A DNA stretch of 64,000 nt from Chloroflexota bacterium (GTDB lineage: Bacteria > Chloroflexota > Dehalococcoidia > Lucifugimonadales > JADFKI01): assembly GCA_027623195.1 (NCBI GenBank), contig JAQBUT010000005.1:64001-128000 (forward strand), in the 5' to 3' direction. Positions 37,438 to 46,525 of this stretch are shown piece by piece (position 1 is the first letter of the stretch; each line of letters opens with the position of its first letter). The position numbers and the translations under genes are program-made. The notes below the pieces were generated by a model. The model was not told where the DNA came from. It searched no databases and worked only from the letters and a program-made list of their open reading frames with translations.

Positions 37438-38627
37438 CGCGCCTCTGAATTTGGAGGCACCACGTCATGCGCGTCCACGCCATTGGTGCGTCTGCTGTCC
37501 CGGTCGTCCATATTGCGCACCGGCAGGTAGCCATCTTCCGTGGGCAATACCAACTTGCGCACCGGGTAGTTGATTTCGATACCTTCTGCTTTGAACCTTT
37601 CATGCAAGCTTTTGATAATTTCGCTTCGTATCCTGAAACTGCCAAACCTGTCCGTTGCCTGCACGATGACTCGGAAGTTGATGTTGGAGTCGGCGAATTC
37701 CCTGAACAGCACTATAGGCACGAAGGTCTTCACCGCGAACTCGGAGTGGTCCACAACCTCCTGAGCGACCTCCAGGGCAACGTACTCCACGTACTTGAGG
37801 TCCGAATCATAACTAACGCCGTTTTCCACCAATGTCGTGACGATGGGCGTGGGTGTAGTGTAGTTCGTGACGATGCTATCGGTAATCTTGCTGTTGGGTA
37901 TGATGACGATATTGTTGGTGAAACTGCGTATAACGGTGCTTCGCCAGCCAACGCTCATCACCCAACCAGATGTCTGGCCCTCGATCTCGATAAAGTCGCC
38001 CTCTTTTATCTGGCCCTCGGTAACTATGTACGTGCCGGCTATGAAGCTGGATATGGTCGGCGTGAGGGCAAGCGCTACGGCCAGTCCACCAATGCCAAGA
38101 CCAGCCAGCAACGGGCTTATAGGAATACCGATGATGTCCAGGGCGACCAGCGCACCCACCGAATAGACAATTATGGGCAAGAGACGGTCTATAGTAGGGC
38201 CGAGCTTCGTATCCAGCACTGTACGGGCGTCCTGGCTGGACTTATGAACGTACCAGCGAAGCAGGGCCTGCAATACATGGGATACCACGTAGCCCACCTG
38301 TATTACAATGGCCACCAGCCAGACTTTGCGTGCCCAGTCGCTGCTAGCGCGCACCGCGTCGAATAACGGATTGCCGACCTGCGTGAGGGAAAGGAATCCA
38401 AGGAAAAAGCCTGCCAAGATCAGCGTCAGGACTAGGGGGCCCTGGATGGCCTCGAATATCTCAAGTTCTAGAGATTCCTGCCCTACCTCATGCCTGGCCT
38501 TTCGTAGCTTCAGCAACATCCGCAGGGCGATGTTGGCAAGGGCCGCAAGCAACAGAAATAGCGCCAAGATACCCAGGGCGAATACTGGTCCAAGTACAAG
38601 CGATTGAGCTACGGCGTCAGGCAGCAT
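37434..38627 (-). CDS. Small-conductance mechanosensitive channel (MscS family)
   Basis: LLAGLGIGGLAVALAL, GDFIEI, GWRST, IPNSKI, GVSYDSD, GIEINYP. Confidence 0.93.
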   Translation of the reverse strand: MLPDAVAQSLVLGPVFALGILALFLLLAALANIALRMLLKLRKARHEVGQESLELEIFEAIQGPLVLTLILAGFFLGFLSLTQVGNPLFDAVRASSDWARKVWLVAIVIQVGYVVSHVLQALLRWYVHKSSQDARTVLDTKLGPTIDRLLPIIVYSVGALVALDIIGIPISPLLAGLGIGGLAVALALTPTISSFIAGTYIVTEGQIKEGDFIEIEGQTSGWVMSVGWRSTVIRSFTNNIVIIPNSKITDSIVTNYTTPTPIVTTLVENGVSYDSDLKYVEYVALEVAQEVVDHSEFAVKTFVPIVLFREFADSNINFRVIVQATDRFGSFRIRSEIIKSLHERFKAEGIEINYPVRKLVLPTEDGYLPVRNMDDRDSRRTNGVDAHDVVPPNSEAR

Positions 38628-38737
38628 GTCAGGACTCCTCTAGACATAACGACGCCTAATTCTAACAATTCAGGAGGTTTGACACCAGTTGCGCGCCTGT
38701 GAGCAGGGTTTGGGGTGAGATAAAGGAAGTGAAAACA

Positions 38738-38779
38738 CGAAAAAACGAACGGGCCAACTAAGAAAGCCGGCCCGCTCGT
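38738..38779 (-). terminator. Probable intrinsic terminator after the DUF5666-like gene
   Basis: ACGAACGGGCC...GGCCCGCTCGT stem next to an A-tract (T-tract on minus). Confidence 0.55.
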
Positions 38780-38817
38780 CGATATGGAAGTGAAAGGAAA
38801 TATCTTGTTATGTGCTA

Positions 38818-40281
38818 CTAATCGTCATCCTCGCCATCGTCATCTTCCTTCTCATCGTCTTCAGGCAGCCCCCCGCCTATAGCGTCAATGACATCCTGGT
38901 CTATATCGTCAGGACTGAAAGTGCCAATGCTAATCAGGTCAACCAGACCTTCCGCCGGCTCTTCCCGCACCATGCCAACATTCGGGCAATAGTACTTATT
39001 TTCCACCGAGCCGCCTATCGGATCAGAGTCCTCGGTCTTGATGCATCCGCTCCAGGAACCAGCTTCAGTGGTCACGCTCAGTCCCGCCGCGACGATGCTG
39101 GAACGGTCCTCAGCTATTCCAGGCGCCCGCTCCTGCTCGAACTCGTCCCCAATTTGAGGGTTCGCAGGCATGAACACCCCAGGCAGATTGTCGCCATCGC
39201 CCGCCAGCCACTGACCGCCGTGATCTGTCATGACGCCCTCGTCGAAGTTGTCCACCAACTCGCCCATGTAGTAGACCACGCCGTCCTCATCCTGCGCGTA
39301 AAAGTCCAGTGTCCGCTCGACCAGTTCACCGTCCTCGTATTCCTCTACCAGGGCAACGCGAACGTCTACATCCGCGACTTCCATGGTCTGCCCCAGAACG
39401 CGAGTCTCGACTCGTATCTCCAGGATTTCGCCTTCGTCTTCCTCCTCGCCCTCTTGCACAGATAGGGTAAAGGGGACCAGAGGGAAGAACGAATTGTCGA
39501 CGTTTGCATCTAGCTCATCCAAGACGATGCCGCCCAACTCTTCCAGGTCGTCTTCCTCATCTTCGGCCTTGGCTGTGCCTTGCGACTTGCCCGATGATGC
39601 GCCTACGACAATTTTCTTGGCCAGGAACCTTCCTTGGGATATCTGGAAGGTTATCTGCGCACTGTCCCCCACCTGAGGGTCGCCCACGATGATCGTGTCG
39701 TCGCCAATATTGAAGCCGAAGCCGTTGCTTAGCCTTATGTTGGTAGCGGAAATGGCTGCGACCGATCCGCTAAAAGTGGGGCCAGCTACTTCTACGTCGG
39801 CCCCGTCATCGTCGACTTTGTCATCGTCAACGCCGTCAGCGTTCGCGTCGTCATGTGCCTCCACCGCGTTGTCCTCGTCCTCATCGTATGCTTCGATTTC
39901 CACGGCCAGGAGAACAGCTTCAACCTCTACGCGGTCGCCGATTTCAATCCCCGCGTCAATCTCGGTGTCGTCGTCGAAAACGAAGGTGGTCCCGTTATCC
40001 AGCACCAGACGCCCGTTGCCTATCGAGATGACTACGCCCTCATAATCCTTCCCATCCTCGTCATCGTCATCATCTGAATCCGAGTCGTCATCCTCGTCGT
40101 CAACGCGGATCTGCGAGGAGAGGAGAGCCTTCTGGAGATCAAACTCACGCCAGTTACCTGGACTAAAAATTGCTTCGCCACTTTTGGCCGGCGCCCGAAT
40201 TCCGAATACTGTGCTGCCCATCAAAAACAGCGATGCAATTGCCATCATTAGAACGACTGCGAAAATGTTCTTCTTACCCAT
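38818..40281 (-). CDS. Exported, very acidic protein with two DUF5666-like domains and a C-terminal beta domain
   Basis: N-terminal signal-like segment; EGVVISI..GTTFVFDDDTEI..IGDRVEVE pattern twice; Asp/Glu tracts; TLDFYAQDEDGVVYYMGE domain. Confidence 0.75.
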   Translation of the reverse strand: MGKKNIFAVVLMMAIASLFLMGSTVFGIRAPAKSGEAIFSPGNWREFDLQKALLSSQIRVDDEDDDSDSDDDDDEDGKDYEGVVISIGNGRLVLDNGTTFVFDDDTEIDAGIEIGDRVEVEAVLLAVEIEAYDEDEDNAVEAHDDANADGVDDDKVDDDGADVEVAGPTFSGSVAAISATNIRLSNGFGFNIGDDTIIVGDPQVGDSAQITFQISQGRFLAKKIVVGASSGKSQGTAKAEDEEDDLEELGGIVLDELDANVDNSFFPLVPFTLSVQEGEEEDEGEILEIRVETRVLGQTMEVADVDVRVALVEEYEDGELVERTLDFYAQDEDGVVYYMGELVDNFDEGVMTDHGGQWLAGDGDNLPGVFMPANPQIGDEFEQERAPGIAEDRSSIVAAGLSVTTEAGSWSGCIKTEDSDPIGGSVENKYYCPNVGMVREEPAEGLVDLISIGTFSPDDIDQDVIDAIGGGLPEDDEKEDDDGEDDD

Positions 40282-40370
40282 AAATACCCTCTCTCAATGT
40301 CCTTGCGAATACGGTCAATCCCATATTCGGTCGACCGTCTACTTTATTGGCTTCAGGTTACAGCACCTAA

Positions 40371-40399
40371 ATGAGAAAGCCATGAAAGAAATATGAGAA
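40371..40399. promoter_or_regulatory. Triple direct repeat ATGAGAA/ATGAAAG/ATGAGAA at 11-bp period, putative OmpR-type binding site
   Basis: Units at 40371, 40382 and 40393; a matching pair lies upstream of the response regulator. Confidence 0.6.
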
Positions 40400-40419
40400 A
40401 GCTCTTAACGGCTGTGCGT

Positions 40420-42039
40420 CTATGAGGTTCCCTTCGGCAATGTTACGGTCACGGTGGTGCCCACCCCTACGTTGCTCTGAGCGTCGATAGAACCGCCATG
40501 ACGCTGCGCTATCTCGCTGGCTATGGCTAAACCCAGCCCGGTCCCGCCCTCTTCACGCGAGCGGGCCTTGTCCACCCTGTAGAAGCGTTCAAGAATGTGG
40601 GCGAGGTGCTCCGAAGATATACCCGGACCTTCGTCTGTAACGGACACGTCTACCTTGCCGTCACGCTGTTCAGCGTGTACGGAGACCACTGCGCCGGGAG
40701 GTGAGAACTTTACGGCATTATCCATAATATTAAGGAACAGACGTATCAGGTGATCAGGGTCGCCTGTGATTCTCATTTCAGAAGGTATGTCTTCCACAAG
40801 GGTTACGGATTTCGACTCAGCCAGAGGGCCAAGTTGGTCGTTTATGGATGCCAAGAGATGCTTGAGACTAATCTCGGTGGGTTGCCAGGAGAGGTGCCCC
40901 TGCTCCAGGCGAGCCAGGTAAAGCAGTTCATTGCTCACCCGAATTAAGCGGTCCACCTCACCGTTCATGTCTTGCATGGTTCGGCGATACTCATCAGGCG
41001 TACGATGGCTACCTAGCGTTACGTCGAGCTTGCCCTTTAACGCAGTGAGGGGTGTACGCAATTCGTGGGAGGCATCGGCAATGAAACGTTTTTCGCGCTC
41101 AAATGCAGATTCCAACCTGTCCAACATCGAATCAAAGGTTGTCGCCAAGCGGCCCACTTCGTCTTCGGGGCCTTTGAAATCGATGCGGCGGTTCATGGCG
41201 CTGCCGGTTATAGACTGGGCAATGCGTGTTATCCGACCGATTGGCCTGAGGCCACGGTCCGCAAGGAAAAAGCCGCCCAGCCCTGCCAGCCCAATGGCCA
41301 GAGGCACGGCCAAATATAGCTGAGTCCGCAGGCTTTCCAGGGCGTCGTCGATACCCTCCATTGAGGCTGCCGTTTGCAGCCATCCCAATGTTCCGCCCTG
41401 TTCCGAGGTGAGAGGAAGATTGTGAACACGCCAATGTCCTGAGTTCGCCGTTGCGAGATCTAGAAAGCCCTGAACATCTGGGATAGGGAAATCGACAGCC
41501 CAATAATCGCCCATGCCATGGTGAATAAAGCCGTTGCCGTCAACTATCCGAAATATAAATTCATCTGTGTCCAGCAAATCATCTGAAACCAGATCAGTGT
41601 CTATGTCTTGTTCCCATTCTTTCTTGGCTGCGCTGATTTCGTGGGCCGCAAGTCCAAACTCCGTTTCAAGGGCGTCGATTTCGACGTACTGACCCTCAGC
41701 CAGGACAACGCTTACCTCAGTTCGAGGGCCGATCACGATGGAGGTGCCATCACCCAGTACCAACCCATTGGGTGAAATACTGGCTATCTCACCTGAAATT
41801 TCCAGAAGCTGATCTCCAAAAACCATGCGTCCTGTACTGGTCTCCATGTCGGAAAAGGCTTGCGCGCTGGCTATTTCTATAGAGGAATCTAGCTGAGACC
41901 TAAGGTTGTCTTCCAGCCGGATATGAAGGTATACGCTGAACACAGCCAGCGTGGCCGCCACCAGCACTACGTACCATACGGTGATACGCGTTCGGAGACT
42001 CCAGGACATCCAGGGGATTGGCATCCGATAACCTCTCAC
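40420..42039 (-). CDS. Sensor histidine kinase (HAMP-HisKA-HATPase, CusS/CzcS-like) with DUF5666-like insert
   Basis: Two TMs, DEVGRLATTFD, ADASHELRTPL, NIMDNAVKF, DEGPGI, GTGLGL. Confidence 0.95.
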   Translation of the reverse strand: MRGYRMPIPWMSWSLRTRITVWYVVLVAATLAVFSVYLHIRLEDNLRSQLDSSIEIASAQAFSDMETSTGRMVFGDQLLEISGEIASISPNGLVLGDGTSIVIGPRTEVSVVLAEGQYVEIDALETEFGLAAHEISAAKKEWEQDIDTDLVSDDLLDTDEFIFRIVDGNGFIHHGMGDYWAVDFPIPDVQGFLDLATANSGHWRVHNLPLTSEQGGTLGWLQTAASMEGIDDALESLRTQLYLAVPLAIGLAGLGGFFLADRGLRPIGRITRIAQSITGSAMNRRIDFKGPEDEVGRLATTFDSMLDRLESAFEREKRFIADASHELRTPLTALKGKLDVTLGSHRTPDEYRRTMQDMNGEVDRLIRVSNELLYLARLEQGHLSWQPTEISLKHLLASINDQLGPLAESKSVTLVEDIPSEMRITGDPDHLIRLFLNIMDNAVKFSPPGAVVSVHAEQRDGKVDVSVTDEGPGISSEHLAHILERFYRVDKARSREEGGTGLGLAIASEIAQRHGGSIDAQSNVGVGTTVTVTLPKGTS

Positions 42040-42707
42040 TTACCGCCCATGCGGTAACCAACGCCCCGTACGGTTTGAATAAGTCCACTGCCATCCCCAC
42101 CGGCAATCTTCCGGCGGATATAACCGATATAGACATCCACAACATTGGACCCGCCGTAGTAGTCGAAATTCCAGATGTGCTCAGCGATCTGAGTTCTCGT
42201 GAGTACCTGACCAGGGTGGCGCATAAGGTACTCGAGCAAAGAGAACTCCCGTGGACTTAGCTCGACAGCCGAGCCGCCTCGTGTGACCTCGCGCCGGGCG
42301 GCGTCAAGCTCCAAATCACCTAACTGGAGCAGCGTATCCATCTGCAGCGGCGGACGACGTAGTAGGGCGCGCATGCGTGCCAGCAACTCTGGAAAGGCAA
42401 AAGGCTTAACGAGGTAGTCGTCCGCCCCAACGTCCAGACCCCGCACCCGGTCATCCAGGCTGTCGCGGGCCGTCAGCATTAGCACGGGCGTCGTGTCGTC
42501 CTGGTCTCGAAGCTTGCGTAGCAGCGTCAGCCCGTCCATACGAGGCAGCATAATATCCAGGACCATGGCGTCGTACTCGGATACGGAGGCGAAGGCCAGG
42601 CCCTCTTCTCCATCTTGAGCAACATCCACGGCGTATCCCGCCTCGGTCAGGCCCTGCCTAAGAAAGCTTGATATGCCCGGCTCGTCTTCCACAACCAGGA
42701 TTTTCAT
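42036..42707 (-). CDS. OmpR-family response regulator
   Basis: ILVVEDE, LDIMLP, GADDYLVKPF, SNVVDVYIGYIRRK, TVRGVGY; 4-bp overlap with the kinase. Confidence 0.96.
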   Translation of the reverse strand: MKILVVEDEPGISSFLRQGLTEAGYAVDVAQDGEEGLAFASVSEYDAMVLDIMLPRMDGLTLLRKLRDQDDTTPVLMLTARDSLDDRVRGLDVGADDYLVKPFAFPELLARMRALLRRPPLQMDTLLQLGDLELDAARREVTRGGSAVELSPREFSLLEYLMRHPGQVLTRTQIAEHIWNFDYYGGSNVVDVYIGYIRRKIAGGDGSGLIQTVRGVGYRMGGK

Positions 42708-42754
42708 CTCGCAATACCTCGCTCCGCGCCTATACCTCATTTTAGCGTAGAGAT

Positions 42755-42772
42755 ATAAGAAAACGATGAGAG
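42755..42772. promoter_or_regulatory. Direct repeat ATAAGAA-N4-ATGAGAG, putative autoregulatory site
   Basis: Same motif, orientation and 11-bp period as 40371-40399. Confidence 0.5.
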
Positions 42773-42884
42773 TATTTTGGATTTCCTTGGACTTCCAGGG
42801 AGAGGGATTCTGGGGTAAGGGGGGTATATTGTCGTCTGCGGGCTAGACGGTCACTGCGAGCGTTAGGTTCGGCTAATGCGAGGG

Positions 42885-43466
42885 TTAACTTTCGGGAGGA
42901 CCTGCCTTGCCTCTACCTAAGTAAACCTGGGAAACAAGGTCGCCGACACTCCAGACCAGGCCCCACAGGATGAGAAACACCATCAGAGCTACCCACACTT
43001 TGGTAATCAACTGGAAAGCCACGTCCCGGGATTCCCAATTAACGTCCGAAACCAGCATGAGCAGCACCAGGAAGCCCATGCAAAAGCCCAGCCAGAGACC
43101 GGTTTTCCCCGCCTTGCTTTGCCTCAATGTGCGTATGTTCAGCAATCCGATGGTGCCATGCGACTGCTGTGCCTCAGTGGGATAGGCCGCCTCCGCCCGA
43201 GCGGCAGCCTGCTCCGCGAAATGCGGGTCATGCCTCGCGCTGGTCACAGAGCTCATGCCTGTAACGCGAGCGCCGTCGTACTCCCTGCGGCGCATCGGGT
43301 CGCCAAGAATTTCGTAGGCGCCGTTCAGACGCCCCATGGCTTTTGCAGCGTCGGGGGATGGATTCAGATCTGGATGGTACTTTTGCGCCAGAACGCGGTA
43401 AGCCGCCCGAACGACACCGGGGTCGGCCTTGGGGTCAACTTGCAGAATCCTGTATAAATCTTCCAT
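42885..43466 (-). CDS. J-domain (DnaJ-like) membrane protein
   Basis: DLYRILQV, AYR, KYHPD, LNGAYEILGDP..RREYD; two C-terminal TM helices. Confidence 0.88.
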   Translation of the reverse strand: MEDLYRILQVDPKADPGVVRAAYRVLAQKYHPDLNPSPDAAKAMGRLNGAYEILGDPMRRREYDGARVTGMSSVTSARHDPHFAEQAAARAEAAYPTEAQQSHGTIGLLNIRTLRQSKAGKTGLWLGFCMGFLVLLMLVSDVNWESRDVAFQLITKVWVALMVFLILWGLVWSVGDLVSQVYLGRGKAGPPES

Positions 43467-43693
43467 TTTTTGGATATCCGGCAAAGGTCCGTCGGGGAAA
43501 TAGACTGTAGATTGAGCTAACTACTCTTTTGCAGCGTAAATGGGGAATGCTTTTAGGCGTAAGGGTGCAGCCATTCACGTAGCTAAGGGTTTACACGCCT
43601 GTGGTAATTCCTCGATAGGTTTGCCAAACGACTCAAGTGAACCGAAGCGCGGTGTCAACGAGGTGAGCGGAGACGCCAAATTATTTCAGAAAG

Positions 43694-43775
43694 TGGGGAA
43701 GGAGGGACTCGAACCCACACGCCCGAAGGCACATGATCCTAAATCATGCTCGTCTGCCAATTCCGACACTTCCCC
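43694..43775 (-). tRNA. tRNA-Leu(TAG)
   Basis: GGGGAAG...TGGCAGA...CATGA-TTTAGGA-TCATG, long variable arm, GGTTCGAGTCC; CCA not fully encoded. Confidence 0.95.
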
Positions 43776-43951
43776 ACGTTTGCGGCCAATGTGGCCTGCC
43801 TTGTGGCATCGGCGCTGAATAATTATATCGTTCCCCGTCGCGAGATGTCGATGTGATGTTGTACATTGACCGCAATATTCGGATAGATTGCCGGCGCGCC
43901 TTACGCTATGCTGACCATAATTGCCAAGAACAGTAGAAGTGAAGGAGCCGC

Positions 43952-45022
43952 ATGGTCACGACAGCAGGCGAGCTAACGGTAGAGCAGGACGCTCAATGGG
44001 CCGCCATACTCGCACGCGACACTTTGTTAGACGGGTCCTTCGTGTACGCGGTGACAACGACGGGCATCTACTGCAAGCCCTCGTGCCCCAGTCGAAAGCC
44101 ACAAAGGAAGAACGTATCTATATTTGTGGTGGCGGAGCTAGCGGAGGACGCCGGTTTTCGGGCGTGCCTACGCTGCCAGCCTGACGAACATCCATCCGAC
44201 GATTCGCAACTGGCTCTGGTCCGTGATACCTGCCGTCTGATACAGCAGCACGCCGACGTAACGACACTTGAATTGCTGGCGCAGCGGGTCCACGTAAGCC
44301 CCCACCATCTGCAAAAAGTGTTCACTAAGGTAGTTGGCATATCGCCGCGCCAGTTCGCGGACGCCCATCGCCTGGGGGCGCTAAAGCAGGCGTTGTTAGC
44401 GGGTAGCACTGTGGCGGACGGACTCTACGAGGCAGGCTATAGCTCCACAAGCAGATTGTACGAAAAATCCTCTGCCCAGCTTGGAATGACCCCTGCCACA
44501 TACCGAAAGCGGGGCCTCAACATGCGGATACGGTACGCGTTGGCAGAGTTCGCACTGGGCCAAATGCTGGTGGCGGCCACGGACAGGGGCATCTGCGCGG
44601 TAAGCCTGGGCGACGAACAGGCATCGCTGGTTAATGACTTGAAGCGTGAGTTTCAGGCGGCTGAGATATCGCAGGGAACCGACCTGGCTCTCAAAGAGTG
44701 GCTTAACGCCGTATTGAATGCACTAACGGGGAAACGGCCCCACGGTCGCCTGCCGCTGGATGTGCAAGCGACGGCCTTCCAGCGCATGGTTTGGGAGGAG
44801 CTGCAGCGCATCCCACCGGGGGAGACCGCAACGTATGGAGAGGTAGCGCGAAATCTGGGCAGACCTGGCGCCGCCAGAGCAGTCGCCAGAGCATGCGCCA
44901 CCAATCCTGCGGCGGTGGTTATACCATGCCACCGGGTGGTGCGCGGCGACGGCGGTCCAGGCGGGTACAGATGGGGCCTGGAACGCAAGGAGGCGCTACT
45001 TAAGGCCGAGAAGTCTGACTAA
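43952..45022 (+). CDS. ada: Bifunctional Ada regulator / O6-methylguanine-DNA methyltransferase
   Basis: TTGIYCKPSC, GFRACLRC, AraC HTH, IPCHRV. Confidence 0.96.
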   Translation: MVTTAGELTVEQDAQWAAILARDTLLDGSFVYAVTTTGIYCKPSCPSRKPQRKNVSIFVVAELAEDAGFRACLRCQPDEHPSDDSQLALVRDTCRLIQQHADVTTLELLAQRVHVSPHHLQKVFTKVVGISPRQFADAHRLGALKQALLAGSTVADGLYEAGYSSTSRLYEKSSAQLGMTPATYRKRGLNMRIRYALAEFALGQMLVAATDRGICAVSLGDEQASLVNDLKREFQAAEISQGTDLALKEWLNAVLNALTGKRPHGRLPLDVQATAFQRMVWEELQRIPPGETATYGEVARNLGRPGAARAVARACATNPAAVVIPCHRVVRGDGGPGGYRWGLERKEALLKAEKSD

Positions 45023-45046
45023 GACAAGCTCCGAAACACGACGGAC

Positions 45047-46345
45047 CTAAAGCGCCCGCATCAGTTTTCGACCGAATGCCATGGGGCTACTTTTCTCTAT
45101 CACCAACGTCTCGGCGTTATGGAAACGCAGAAAATCGCGCATGGCCTCCGCAACATCTGCCACTAGGTCGTCATCAGGCTTAACCCCAGGCTCCAGGTAT
45201 AGGTTTTTCAGACGCAACGTCTTTTCTTTGCGTTCCAGCTTCGGGTCGAATCGACCTACTAGCTGGCCCTTGTGAAGGATGGGCAGGCAGAAGTAGCCCC
45301 ACTCCCGTATCCCCTCCGGCTTGTAGGCCTCTAGTATCTGCCGAAAGCCCCAGAACTCCATGTCCCTGTCCTTAGCCCAAAACAGACTGTCGAATGGACT
45401 GAGGAACGTCGTGTGGGCCGGCGCCAGATCGCGGTCGGCGGCTCGCTGCAAGAGACCGACGTTGTCTCGGTGCGTAACCAGGCCCCGTACGCTGCCGTCG
45501 ACAGTCTGTCCTCTTATTTCCACGAACGTGCCATCTTTGACAAGCGCTTCTATTAAGGGTCTGGACGCGGTGCGCTTCATGTGAAAGTAGTCCCCTACCT
45601 GAGCCGGGCTACAGACCCCTAGCGACCTCATAGAGATGTCCAGCAGATGCGACCCGGCCTCTTTGTGGGTGGGCAAACTCTTGTCCACCCAACTGGGGAT
45701 GACTCTTTCAGGCGTGTCGTAAACGCGCTGGAATTTCAGGCGGTTGGCTATGGCAAGCTCTCCGGAGTTGTAGAGGTGCTCCAACGCCCTCTTGGCCGGC
45801 TTCCAATCCCACCAGGGGCCTTGGCGCTTTTCGTTGCTCTCGAAATCCGCGGAACGTCGGCTGCCGTTCTTTTTAATGAATCGAAGAACTTCTCTCGTCA
45901 GCTTCAAGTTCTCAGGCTGCTCGGCCCAGTTCCGACGCCAACCTGCTAACCCATCTCGATGCGCCTTCATGGCTGGCAGCTTATACCTGTATTCCGTGAG
46001 CGGGATGATGCAGGCCGCATGCATCCAGTATTCGAACATCTGGCGACCATTCTCCTGAGAGGCGGCGCCTTCATCGAAAACGAGACGATCAAAGTCTGCG
46101 GTATCGTAAGACCCCAGGCGGCTCCACATGGCTAGGTACTGGCTTCGCTGGACCATCTGCAACGTGTCGATCTGAACCCACCCTACCCGCTTCACGACAT
46201 CCAATATGGCCTGAGAGTCTGGTGGCGACCCGCCCGTTTCTCGCGCACTCAAACCCTGGCAATACACCGACAGGGCGCGCAGGGCATCCAGAGAATATGG
46301 CGTTGTGGACAGGGGCGACGAGGTCAAATTAGCATTTCCATTCAA
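45047..46345 (-). CDS. YcaQ/AlkZ-family winged-helix DNA glycosylase (crosslink repair)
   Basis: QIDT (QxD), SRLG, FEYWMH, LSPFDSL, GYFCLPIL, VGRFD. Confidence 0.88.
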   Translation of the reverse strand: MNGNANLTSSPLSTTPYSLDALRALSVYCQGLSARETGGSPPDSQAILDVVKRVGWVQIDTLQMVQRSQYLAMWSRLGSYDTADFDRLVFDEGAASQENGRQMFEYWMHAACIIPLTEYRYKLPAMKAHRDGLAGWRRNWAEQPENLKLTREVLRFIKKNGSRRSADFESNEKRQGPWWDWKPAKRALEHLYNSGELAIANRLKFQRVYDTPERVIPSWVDKSLPTHKEAGSHLLDISMRSLGVCSPAQVGDYFHMKRTASRPLIEALVKDGTFVEIRGQTVDGSVRGLVTHRDNVGLLQRAADRDLAPAHTTFLSPFDSLFWAKDRDMEFWGFRQILEAYKPEGIREWGYFCLPILHKGQLVGRFDPKLERKEKTLRLKNLYLEPGVKPDDDLVADVAEAMRDFLRFHNAETLVIEKSSPMAFGRKLMRAL

Positions 46346-46525
46346 ATAAGTTGCGGAGAATCTTGACAGCGAGTCTACCTGTTTCGCCTGCTCTATTCAA
46401 TTCATTCAAGCCAAGTTTCAATAGATGAACCGCGCCACGTTGACCTCCTGTATGCCAGTTTGTACGATACCGCAAATAGCGAAAACGCTCGATAAACGAA
46501 ATTCCTTTTTTGGCGGGGGAGAATA

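Noticed and set aside
37467..38366. Long antisense ORFs (also 13239-13925, 38812-39465, 46329-46961, 52354-53001)
   Set aside because: Shadows of well-supported opposite-strand genes in GC-rich DNA, with no motifs.
43694..43775. Island integrated at tRNA-Leu
   Set aside because: No duplicated tRNA end or integrase seen in the window.
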